From contig DAVB01000027.1 in NCBI GenBank assembly GCA_002505455.1, positions 4,134 to 55,780 on the forward strand: 51,647 nucleotides of DNA. The letters run 5' to 3'. The translations under genes and the position numbers were made by a program. Shown here piece after piece: positions 18,954-27,398 of the stretch (positions are counted from its first letter, which is position 1; each line of letters opens with the position of its first letter). Below the pieces are notes generated by a model. The model searched no databases, was not told the DNA's origin, and saw nothing but the letters and a program-made list of their open reading frames with translations. This DNA comes from Euryarchaeota archaeon UBA52 (GTDB lineage: Archaea > Thermoplasmatota > Poseidoniia > Poseidoniales > Thalassarchaeaceae).

Positions 18954-19739
18954 TTGGCTCGTAAGGAATCATGGCCCGAGGAAGGGGATCTTCTCGTCTG
19001 TGTAGTGAAATCCGTGAGCGACAAGGGCGCCTATCTAGAGATAGACGGGATGGACGGCGCGGAAGGATTCGTATTCATCGGAGAGGTCGCGGCTGGATGG
19101 GTAAAATCCGTAAGATCCCACCTGAGGGAGGGCCAGCGGGTCGTGGCGAAGGCAATAGGCGTGAAACGCGATCGTGGCAGGATTGATCTTTCCATAAAAT
19201 CAGTCTCCGAGGAGCGTCGTAGAGATGCTCTCCAGTTCTGGAAGAACGAGCAGCGAGCTGGGCAAATAATGAAGGTCGCTTCAGACAGAGTCGGATGGTC
19301 CGAGGACGAATTAGATTCAACTTCCGATGAGCTTGTCGATGCCTTCGGATCCCTGTATGGGGCTCTAGAAGAAGCCGCGGCTGATTCGAGCGCCTTGGAG
19401 AAAGCCGGGTTCAAAGGGAAGTGGATTGCTACCATAGTAGAACTAGCTGTCGAGAACATCGTTCCTGAATCAGTGCATCTAAAGGGGAATTTCCACGTAG
19501 AAATATGGTCTAGCGAAGGAGTTGCAGGGATCCAAGACGTGCTGGAAAAGGCCGAGTCCAGCATAGATGGAATGGATGAAGTCGTACTTACATGCCACTA
19601 TGACGGAGCGCCAAATTACAGAGTAGAGGTGGAGGGTCCGGATTACGATTCTGCTGAGTCGGCATGGAATGCTTGTGTCCAAGCTGCAGAGTCCGCGATG
19701 GAAGCATATGACGGCAATTTCTCGGCTGAGCGCGTCTGA
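18954..19739 (+). CDS. eif2a: Translation initiation factor aIF2 alpha subunit
   Basis: WPEEGDLLV S1 domain, EVAAGWVK, IDLSIK and GAPNYRVEV. Probable TTG start at 18954. Confidence 0.93.
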   Translation: MARKESWPEEGDLLVCVVKSVSDKGAYLEIDGMDGAEGFVFIGEVAAGWVKSVRSHLREGQRVVAKAIGVKRDRGRIDLSIKSVSEERRRDALQFWKNEQRAGQIMKVASDRVGWSEDELDSTSDELVDAFGSLYGALEEAAADSSALEKAGFKGKWIATIVELAVENIVPESVHLKGNFHVEIWSSEGVAGIQDVLEKAESSIDGMDEVVLTCHYDGAPNYRVEVEGPDYDSAESAWNACVQAAESAMEAYDGNFSAERV

Positions 19740-19786
19740 TACCCGCAATACTTCATGAACCCGGTGCGAGGGGTCAACTTGCGTTC

Positions 19787-20002
19787 ATGCCTAGAACAAG
19801 GTTACAACGATGCCCTGCATGCTTGTCATACGGATTCTCTAGAGAATGCGATTGTGGCGAGACCAGAGTCGCGGTAGCCCCACTCCGTTTCTCACCAGAA
19901 GACCCCCAGGGAGATAGACGTCGTCAAAGAGAGGGCTGGGGCTCAGAAGAATGGGTGAAGAGTCTCCCTACTCCAAGAGAGGTTGGTGATGAGGAAGAAT
20001 GA
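19787..20002 (+). CDS. nop10: H/ACA RNP protein Nop10
   Basis: CPAC..Y....CDCG...PLRFSPEDPQGDRRR, in the conserved position after aIF2-alpha. Confidence 0.88.
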   Translation: MPRTRLQRCPACLSYGFSRECDCGETRVAVAPLRFSPEDPQGDRRRQREGWGSEEWVKSLPTPREVGDEEE

Positions 20003-20748
20003 GTCGTACAAAGATTCAGCACATTTCCGACATCCCCCCTCATGATGCCATTATCGAAGCGGTTCCCGGGATTGGGAATGTGGGTAAGCTCGTAGTCGAT
20101 GGCCTGGTGGCGTCATATGATTCGAAGATGGTTGCCAGAGTGCTCCACCCAGACATGCCGCCACACGCAACTCTTGATTCAGAGGGGCTGCTTCGCCCCC
20201 CGCATCTCTCAATTCATTCGGTGAATATCGGGTCGCAGACTGTTCTCTGTATCTGCTCAGATGCCCAGCCGACCACTGCAGCGGGCCAGTACGAGGTGGC
20301 AGAATCAATTCTCGATTTCATAAAGGAACATAGCGATTCGAGGCTGTACGTTTTAGCTGGTCTTGCGATGGACCCCGAGGCCCAAGGAATCCACGTCGTT
20401 TGCTCGGAGGAGGGTACGATGGAATCGATGGATGAACATGGTATCGAGGTTAGAACGGGTCAACCGGAATCAGGGATGATAGGGCTGGCAGGGCTATTGG
20501 TTTCACTCGCCCCCTTACACGAAGTGGAAGCGATCGGCCTTGTTGCGGACACTGTCGGTGGCGCCACAGATGCCAGAGCAGCGGAGCGCCTATCCATGTT
20601 CGTCCAAGATAAATTCGGATTGAACATTGGGATGGATCTCGACAGGACTCAGGCGATTGCCTCCAGGCTGCTGGAGAGTGTCGGGATTTCAGAGGCGGCT
20701 ATTGCAGAGATATCAGGCGAGCAGGGCTATGGCGATTTATACGTCTGA
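19999..20748 (+). CDS. PAC2-family proteasome assembly chaperone
   Basis: IEAVPGIGNVGKL, C-terminal LYV (HbYX-like) and conserved synteny after nop10. Confidence 0.85.
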   Translation: MSRTKIQHISDIPPHDAIIEAVPGIGNVGKLVVDGLVASYDSKMVARVLHPDMPPHATLDSEGLLRPPHLSIHSVNIGSQTVLCICSDAQPTTAAGQYEVAESILDFIKEHSDSRLYVLAGLAMDPEAQGIHVVCSEEGTMESMDEHGIEVRTGQPESGMIGLAGLLVSLAPLHEVEAIGLVADTVGGATDARAAERLSMFVQDKFGLNIGMDLDRTQAIASRLLESVGISEAAIAEISGEQGYGDLYV

Positions 20749-20756
20749 GTGATCTT

Positions 20757-21470
20757 ATGAGAGTCCTGCTCGGGAGCGGTGGAATTGGAACCGAAGAACG
20801 TCGAACGATGTACATGGATTTGATTTCGGATCACTTCAGAGAGTCGGACAATGTTGTGTTCATACCACTTGCGACACATGATCACGAAGGGAGGACTGCG
20901 CGGTTAAAGGAGTCTCTTGGGTCCATGGGGGCGAAGTTCCACGGGTTGAATGTTGATGGCGGCGTTGGACAGGTACTTGCTGCCGACGGAGTGTATATGG
21001 GCGGAGGTAATTCTTTCCTGCTGAACAGGGATCTGCACAGATACGGATTGATTGATGCACTGAGGGACGTTGTAAAACAAGGAATACCGTATCTCGGGGT
21101 CAGTGCTGGCAGTAATGTTGCTTGTCCGACGATGATGACGACTAACGACATGCCGATTGTTATGACGCCATCATATGAAGCACTGGGAATCGTTCCCTTC
21201 CAGATCAATCCTCATTATTATCCCGGGAAGATTACCTTTTTCTCAGAAGGTGAGAGTATTGATCACTTCGGAGAGAGCCGTCGGCAGAGGATATCCGAGT
21301 ATCATCAACATGAGGCGATTCCTGTTCTCGGTTTGTGGGAAGGATCGTATGTGCAATGGGATGGTTCGAGAGGTCGCCTAATTGGGCGTGCTAGGGCGTT
21401 TTACCGAGACTTGGAGCCAGTGGACTTCGAGGATGGGGCAATGTTCGATGGGAGCCTGACTCTCAAGTGA
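20757..21470 (+). CDS. pepE: Dipeptidase E (peptidase S51)
   Basis: YMGGGNSF, YLGVSAGSNVACPTMMTTNDMP, FQINPHY and GESRRQRI. Confidence 0.93.
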   Translation: MRVLLGSGGIGTEERRTMYMDLISDHFRESDNVVFIPLATHDHEGRTARLKESLGSMGAKFHGLNVDGGVGQVLAADGVYMGGGNSFLLNRDLHRYGLIDALRDVVKQGIPYLGVSAGSNVACPTMMTTNDMPIVMTPSYEALGIVPFQINPHYYPGKITFFSEGESIDHFGESRRQRISEYHQHEAIPVLGLWEGSYVQWDGSRGRLIGRARAFYRDLEPVDFEDGAMFDGSLTLK

Positions 21471-21474
21471 TTGT

Positions 21475-21675
21475 TCAGCCACCTGATGAAACTATGATTA
21501 ATTCTAGATTCAAATCTCCCTCTATAGTGGAGTTGTGAGGCACTATCGTCTCATCATACACTGCTAGAACAGTGGATGCGTGTATGCCTAATTCATTGAG
21601 CACGTCCAGGATCGTCGCAGGGGCTTGAATATCCACCACATGCTCCTGATTCAGATGGCTAACCGTGACGCGCAT
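21475..21675 (-). CDS. Ubiquitin-like beta-grasp protein (ThiS/MoaD/SAMP family)
   Basis: 66 aa from ATG 21675, TILDVLNELGI, ending IIVSSGG (di-glycine). The longer ORF call runs antisense through the tRNA. Confidence 0.85.
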   Translation of the reverse strand: MRVTVSHLNQEHVVDIQAPATILDVLNELGIHASTVLAVYDETIVPHNSTIEGDLNLELIIVSSGG

Positions 21676-21729
21676 GGAGGGGCTGTAACTGAACAGGCTT
21701 ATGTCTGATTCGCAGGACGGTTGGACGCT

Positions 21730-21815
21730 GCCGAGATCGCATAGCCCGGTATTGCGGTGGATTCGAAATCCACTGTCCCTTGGACGCGGGGGTTCAAATC
21801 CCTCTCTCGGCGCCA
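21730..21815 (+). tRNA. tRNA-Ser(CGA), CCA encoded
   Basis: Acceptor stem GCCGAGA/TCTCGGC, anticodon arm GTGGA-TTCGAAA-TCCAC, long variable arm, T arm GGGGG-TTCAAAT-CCCTC, discriminator G then CCA. Confidence 0.95.
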
Positions 21816-21831
21816 AAAACTACCATCATCA

Positions 21832-23670
21832 TCATTCTTCTGGTTCATCTGAGTCTTCGATGACCACGACCCTTGTTCCGGGGCCCATCTTGATTTGAGG
21901 CCGTCCGGCCCATTCCCCGACTTCCCCATTCAATATCCCGATAACATCGCCTCTAGAGATTGAGGCTGCTGATGTTGGGATGAACTGCTTGAATGCGACG
22001 GCGGATGCAGATCCGGACGCATCGACCAGCGTGATGGCCCACCTGCTAACTGAGACTCCATCGGGATATGCGTCAACCGACCATACCCTTCCCACAACAG
22101 AGACTCTGGTCTCTATATCGACTACAGCCGCCTCATCGCCCTCTTCTGCAGACGATATGGAGGACATCTGATCAAGATCGAGGTTCAATTGGCCTTTCCA
22201 AAGTGAAGGTATGGCGTTGTCCACACGTACCCTCGAGCCTTCCTTGATCGATCTTGTCACTCTTTTCGGACCGCCCATCCGATGTGGCCGGATGGAGGCC
22301 CTGTCCCACCCATCCACCAGCGTGAACCTTACATCAACAGTCTCATCCTCATTCAGATCTGGCCCAGTTAGCCTTGATACCTCGCCGACTGCTGAAAAAC
22401 GAGTTCTGATTTCCTGCAATGGCGTTATGTTCCAAGTGTGTCCGAAACGCTGGATGGTTTCCATGCTGATCTCGTTTTTCTCTTGGTTCGAGCCTTCACA
22501 GAAATCTGCATATTCGCACCTGTTGCATCTGGCTCTAGCATCCGATTCGATCGGTTCGTCATCGGGGATGCCTCCATCAATGAATCTCCGAAGAGGCGCT
22601 GGCTCTGCGGGGCATTCTTCGATTGATGGGTTGTTCTCTCGTATCTTAGAGTACAACTCGAAAAGATCCCTGTCCATAGATTCCATCTCTTCTGTTAGGG
22701 GTGTTGCGACTTCCTTGGGATCTCCAGCGCCTAGATACCAGATTGCTAGGCCTGTTGCGGTTTCTTTACGCTCATGAGTGGCCCACCAGAGCCAACCATA
22801 CATCCTCAATTGATCCAGGTAGCCGTGGGACCTGTCTCCTCTTCCGACTGAGGCCTTGATATCGATTATACGTGTAGTTCCGCCCCACCTGTAGACAAGG
22901 TCGTATTCCCCTTGGAACCACCCATTTGGGTGCGTTGAGGTCTGAGTGAATGATGCCGCATCCGGGTCTACGAACCATGGCCTTGCAATCTCCCATGCTT
23001 CCAATACATGCATATCTGATCCGATTTCAAAGGCTGCATGGCTGGGCTCGCCCCAATCACGGGGAAATCCATCCGGAGCAGGCCAGACAGGCCTAGATTT
23101 TCCTGAGCGCCATGCATCCACATCCACATCGTCTGAATTCAGGCATTCTTCGACTTCCTGCAAATGTAGATCTATGCCCCTGAGCACCATTGAGAGGCAT
23201 TGGTCTGGATCTGCATCATCAACCGAACCTGTCTTGTTCGGGTTTGCTGCCCAGTCATCGCGTGCTTCATCCCAGCATCGCTGGAAGTGTATGTGAGCAC
23301 GCGCATGGGCCCAAATTCTCAATGAGTCCATGTCCGAAGGCCGGAGAGAACTGTCGACAGGCTGGATTCTCGGACCGGGCCAATTGGAGGGATCACCCCA
23401 TTCAGGCACCCCATCCTCATTCAGAGGGGTGGACATCGTGTCTGTATCCTCTGCGAGCTGGAGTGACGGCGAGTCGCGCATGACTCTGCAGATGCACGCC
23501 TCTGCAGCATTTCCACGGATTATTTGTGGAGGTAGCGGGGTCTTCAAACGACGCTCCCAGCCGTAGTACCAGTATCTCGGGCAGTTCCTGTAAGCGATCA
23601 CCTGTGAGGCTGAAAGTCTCCGGTAAGGGTCTACAGAAGATGCCTCTTGATCGATGGTTCTTACCGGCAT
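21832..23670 (-). CDS. PD-(D/E)XK RecB/Cas4-like Fe-S nuclease fused to two C-terminal OB folds
   Basis: LSASQVIAYRNCPRYWYY, GEYDLV...IIDIK, QLRMY and CNRCEYADFC, followed by RPA/SSB-like segments (WKGQLNLDL; ITLVDASGS...RGDVIGILNG..GEWAGRPQI). Start MPVR at 23670. Confidence 0.8.
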   Translation of the reverse strand: MPVRTIDQEASSVDPYRRLSASQVIAYRNCPRYWYYGWERRLKTPLPPQIIRGNAAEACICRVMRDSPSLQLAEDTDTMSTPLNEDGVPEWGDPSNWPGPRIQPVDSSLRPSDMDSLRIWAHARAHIHFQRCWDEARDDWAANPNKTGSVDDADPDQCLSMVLRGIDLHLQEVEECLNSDDVDVDAWRSGKSRPVWPAPDGFPRDWGEPSHAAFEIGSDMHVLEAWEIARPWFVDPDAASFTQTSTHPNGWFQGEYDLVYRWGGTTRIIDIKASVGRGDRSHGYLDQLRMYGWLWWATHERKETATGLAIWYLGAGDPKEVATPLTEEMESMDRDLFELYSKIRENNPSIEECPAEPAPLRRFIDGGIPDDEPIESDARARCNRCEYADFCEGSNQEKNEISMETIQRFGHTWNITPLQEIRTRFSAVGEVSRLTGPDLNEDETVDVRFTLVDGWDRASIRPHRMGGPKRVTRSIKEGSRVRVDNAIPSLWKGQLNLDLDQMSSISSAEEGDEAAVVDIETRVSVVGRVWSVDAYPDGVSVSRWAITLVDASGSASAVAFKQFIPTSAASISRGDVIGILNGEVGEWAGRPQIKMGPGTRVVVIEDSDEPEE

Positions 23671-23701
23671 CGAAATTCCCTTTCTCTCATGGCTCTTAGT
23701 T

Positions 23702-24853
23702 TCAATTGTCCAGATCAGTGCTATTGAGATAGACAATCGTCATTTCAAGGCGTTCGTGGGTGGGGTGAACCTCAACAAATGCTACAGGAGCCTCGACAGA
23801 ATCGCTGATTTCCTCTGCTGTGGAAAGGGGGATTTCTATTCGACCCCTCTCAGAATCATGATACAAGAATCTTCGAGGTAAGCCTGTTTCCCGAATGATT
23901 TCATCCATGTATCCCTCTGCCACTTCATTATCGCATTCGATCGCGCCGAAGATCAATGTTCCATCCTCCGTCAATAATTCATGAGGGGCGATAGTGGCCT
24001 CCCCGCGTCTCAGGAACCTGTTTCTGAGTTGCCCCGCATCCTTGTAGACCGCTGTGCAGTATTTCAGATGGAAACCGTATGGCTCACGCACAACGCCGTC
24101 AATGGGGTCTGGCTTCCCCAGTGCGGCAGCGGCGACTCTGTCGCGCATGTTTATGGCTAGCTCCGCGGAACCCGCTGCCCCAGCAGTTATCTCGTCGGAG
24201 AGGTTGAATCCCCTAACTTCCATGTTACCGTGATTGCCTACGGTGATCTCAAGTTCATTCAAATTAAGGAATTGGATATCCATGTCCCTCATCTCTTCCA
24301 GTGCACCCATCAACTCTTTCTCTTGATCAGGCTCACAGGGGATCTCGATGCCGGTTTCTATTCCCTGAGCGGAGCATGCTGAGATCACATTGCTGTATTT
24401 CTTCGCATCTAAATCAAGGAGGTGGAATCGTATCTCGTCGAGTCCGGCTTCGGCAAACTCTCTCGCGTATTCAGGTTTGAACGGGATGCTCGTGTACATG
24501 TGCATGTGAAACGAAGGGCCGAATTCCTGCCTAAGTCTGCGGATTCCTTCCAGGGTGTGTTCCCTGTCCATCAACGGGTCGCCGCCGGTGATTCCCGCTC
24601 CCGTTGCGTTCATCGCCCTAGCCTCCTCGATTACCTCGTCGAACGAGGTGCAGGGGCGCTCATTGGCAAACATCATCTCTGCTTCCCGACGATTCTCCGA
24701 AAGAGGGCAGTAGTCACACTTCCAATGGCATTTCCCGGTGATGAACAGGACTAGCTTTGACCCCATTTGGCACTGTATACACCCTTCGGCTTCTTCGACC
24801 TCGGGGGCGTCGAACAAAGTCGGAATTGTGGGGAGCCTCAGAGTCACGCTCAT
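23702..24853 (-). CDS. Radical SAM protein (archaeal COG2108-like, uncharacterised)
   Basis: GCIQCQMGSKLVLFITGKCHWKCDYCPLS (CxxxCxxC), GITGGDP, GLDEIRFH and FLNLNELE. Confidence 0.88.
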   Translation of the reverse strand: MSVTLRLPTIPTLFDAPEVEEAEGCIQCQMGSKLVLFITGKCHWKCDYCPLSENRREAEMMFANERPCTSFDEVIEEARAMNATGAGITGGDPLMDREHTLEGIRRLRQEFGPSFHMHMYTSIPFKPEYAREFAEAGLDEIRFHLLDLDAKKYSNVISACSAQGIETGIEIPCEPDQEKELMGALEEMRDMDIQFLNLNELEITVGNHGNMEVRGFNLSDEITAGAAGSAELAINMRDRVAAAALGKPDPIDGVVREPYGFHLKYCTAVYKDAGQLRNRFLRRGEATIAPHELLTEDGTLIFGAIECDNEVAEGYMDEIIRETGLPRRFLYHDSERGRIEIPLSTAEEISDSVEAPVAFVEVHPTHERLEMTIVYLNSTDLDN

Positions 24854-25461
24854 GCAGTGGTCCCCCTTTGCACGGACATAGCCGCCTCGATTAGCATCTC
24901 ATGGAAAATCGTCGTCCCGGAGAGTTCTGGATGGAATGTCAGCGCGATCCTGTTGTTTTCCCTCACGCCGACAGGCTCTCCATCCAAGGTTGCGATTACT
25001 GATGAGTTTCTGGCATCAGTGAAGCGTGGGGCCCTGATGAATGCGCATTGGAGGGGGTTGTTCACGTTCTCAACGGCCACTGGGCCGATGAATGAGTCAA
25101 TCTGCCGCCCCCACGCATTCCTATCCACTTCGGCGGAGATAATCGGGTCTCCCCCGTCTTGGGGATCGGCGAGGAGGATTGTTCCTGCACAGGTTGCTAG
25201 GACCGGCATTTCGCTATTCTCCCTCATAATCGAGTATAGCGGCCCGAGGAGCCCCGTTCCGCCCTCTCCGCCGACTATTCTCATGGTGGTGGATTCTCCG
25301 CCTGGCAGTATAACCGCATCAAGTCCACCACTAATAAGATCGCCCAATGATCGTAATTCCCTTATCGATACAGGGGTATTGGTCAAGTCACACGCGGCCT
25401 GAATTGCAACCTCGTGGGCCCTCCTGGACCCCTGGAGCATCACCAAACCCACTTCGAGCAC
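24850..25461 (-). CDS. pdxT: PLP synthase glutaminase subunit
   Basis: LQG, ILPGGESTT, ATCAG, RNAWGRQIDSF, FIRAP and FHPE. Probable GTG start at 25461. Confidence 0.92.
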   Translation of the reverse strand: MLEVGLVMLQGSRRAHEVAIQAACDLTNTPVSIRELRSLGDLISGGLDAVILPGGESTTMRIVGGEGGTGLLGPLYSIMRENSEMPVLATCAGTILLADPQDGGDPIISAEVDRNAWGRQIDSFIGPVAVENVNNPLQCAFIRAPRFTDARNSSVIATLDGEPVGVRENNRIALTFHPELSGTTIFHEMLIEAAMSVQRGTTA

Positions 25462-25551
25462 GATTCGCCGGGATATGCATGGGACATGAACCCCATCCTC
25501 GGGATACGGTTGATGCGATGCTCTCAAGGACCTAGTGACTCAGGCCGTATC

Positions 25552-26634
25552 ATGACCAGGCTACACAACTTTGGTGCTGGACCGGGAGTTCTGCCGCTCG
25601 AGGTGATTAAGGCGTGCAAAAAGAACCTCGAGGAGCTAGGTTCGAGTGGCCTCGGGCTGATGGAGACATCGCACAGAAGCCCGGTCTTCCAGGCAATCGT
25701 GGATGAGGCCGATGCGCGCCTTAGACGATTATTGCGAATTCCGGACGAGTACTCGGTGCTGTTTCTCCAAGGGGGGGCGTCCCTTCAATTCCACATGTCC
25801 GCGCTCAATCTTCTCGACCTAGGGGAGCATGCAGAGATAATCATCACCGGGACCTGGTCCCAGAAGGCCTACTCAGAGATCGGTAAGTTGGGGGGGGTTC
25901 GAGCCATATGGGATGGGGCGGAAGAGGGGTTCAACAGGGTCCCGGATCATTCGGAGTACTCTGTCAGCGAGGACGCGGCCTACATCCACTATACATCCAA
26001 CAACACGATCTATGGGACGCAGTTCCACGAAATGCCGGACTCCGGGGGGAGGCCGGTGGTGGTTGACGCCAGTTCCGACATCACCGGGGCCCGTCTGGAC
26101 GTCTCGGCGCATGACGTTGTCTACGCGGGCGCCCAGAAGAATCTCGGGCCAAGCGGTGTGACCGTGGTCATACTCTCGCCATGGGCTCTGAAGAAGGGTC
26201 GCGAGGGGCTACCCTCTATGCTGGACTACAAGGTCCATGAGTCGAAGGGAAGCCTGTTCAACACCCCGAACACATACGGGATTTTCGTCCTGAAGGAGGT
26301 ACTGGGTTGGATCGAGAGGGAGGGGGGCGTTCAAGCAGCCATAGATCGGAATGCCGCCAAGGCGTCCCTGTTGTATGGCCGCCTTGATTCCTCGGATTTC
26401 TGGGCGCCGCATGCCCTGAAGTCCTCGAGGTCCGTCATGAATGCCACCTGGAGGATATCAGACCATGGTCTAGAGGCCGCCTTCCTCGAAGGGGCCGAGG
26501 AGAGGGGGCTAATGGGCCTAAAGGGGCACAGGAGCGTAGGGGGGATCCGCGCCAGCATGTACAATGCGCTGGAGCTTTCCAGCGTGGAGGCCCTCGTGGC
26601 ATGGATGGCCGAGTTCGAGTCCATGCACTCCTGA
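25552..26634 (+). CDS. serC: Phosphoserine aminotransferase (bacterial type)
   Basis: HNFGAGP, ETSHRS, LQGGASLQF, NNTIYGT, YAGAQKNLGP and GHRSVGGIRASMYNA. Start at 25552. Confidence 0.95.
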   Translation: MTRLHNFGAGPGVLPLEVIKACKKNLEELGSSGLGLMETSHRSPVFQAIVDEADARLRRLLRIPDEYSVLFLQGGASLQFHMSALNLLDLGEHAEIIITGTWSQKAYSEIGKLGGVRAIWDGAEEGFNRVPDHSEYSVSEDAAYIHYTSNNTIYGTQFHEMPDSGGRPVVVDASSDITGARLDVSAHDVVYAGAQKNLGPSGVTVVILSPWALKKGREGLPSMLDYKVHESKGSLFNTPNTYGIFVLKEVLGWIEREGGVQAAIDRNAAKASLLYGRLDSSDFWAPHALKSSRSVMNATWRISDHGLEAAFLEGAEERGLMGLKGHRSVGGIRASMYNALELSSVEALVAWMAEFESMHS

Positions 26635-26670
26635 CGGCTGATTCAAGCCACATGACTCCCGCGAGGGGGC

Positions 26671-27363
26671 ATGGAGGGAGACGCACGGATAGCCCTCCTC
26701 GATCTGACTCTTCTGGATAGAGAGGCTAGTGAGTCGGATCTCGAACATCTGGTTGAGCGTGCCAACAAGCATCTTCCCGCTGCTATTTGCGTCTTCTCTG
26801 AACAACTGGACGGGCTACGGGATATACTCGACACTAGAATAAAATTGGCTTGCGTGGCAGGTGGCTTCCCCACGGGTACACGTGATTCGACCGCTCTGTC
26901 CGAAGAAATTCGAGCGGCTCGCGATTCGGGGGCGGATGAGATAGACGTGGTGCTGGAACCCGGAATGGGGCTTGAGGACTCGATGTTGCTGATGGACTCA
27001 GCCAGAAGAGCCTCGGAGGGACTAACCCTGAAAGTGATACTCGAAACCCCTCTCCTTGACGAGAGATCGGCCATGGGCGCAGCCAGGATCGCCTTGATGG
27101 GCGGGGCCGATTTCGTCAAATCGTGCACCGGGAGGAGGGGCGCTTGTTCCATTGAGGCGGCCGGCTGGCTGGCGAGGGAGGTCCATCGTCACCAGACAGT
27201 CACCGGTGAATTGCGGGGGGTCAAGCTGTCAGGCGGCATACGGACCAGCGAGGATCTAGAGGCGCTACTTTCTGCCGTGACCGGGGAAGGGCTGTCCGTG
27301 ACAGACAGTCGGTATCTTCGTATCGGCGCATCCTCGCTGCTGGATTCCCTGCTGGGCGACTGA
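26671..27363 (+). CDS. deoC: Deoxyribose-phosphate aldolase
   Basis: LDLTLL, GADEIDVV, LKVILET, GADFVKSCTG (Schiff-base Lys), GVKLSGGIRT and RIGASSLL. Confidence 0.9.
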   Translation: MEGDARIALLDLTLLDREASESDLEHLVERANKHLPAAICVFSEQLDGLRDILDTRIKLACVAGGFPTGTRDSTALSEEIRAARDSGADEIDVVLEPGMGLEDSMLLMDSARRASEGLTLKVILETPLLDERSAMGAARIALMGGADFVKSCTGRRGACSIEAAGWLAREVHRHQTVTGELRGVKLSGGIRTSEDLEALLSAVTGEGLSVTDSRYLRIGASSLLDSLLGD

Positions 27364-27398
27364 GCTCGAGAATGCGATCGCAGTGCTGTGGAATCAGG

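Noticed and set aside
21676-21929. ORFs spanning the tRNA-Ser, including the 113-aa extension of the SAMP-like gene and an HHHH-containing ORF
   Set aside because: They translate tRNA sequence or its antisense, and the CAT run is a short spacer.
21832-23670. CRISPR-Cas locus suggested by the Cas4-like motifs
   Set aside because: No repeat-spacer array and no cas1, cas2 or effector genes in the window.
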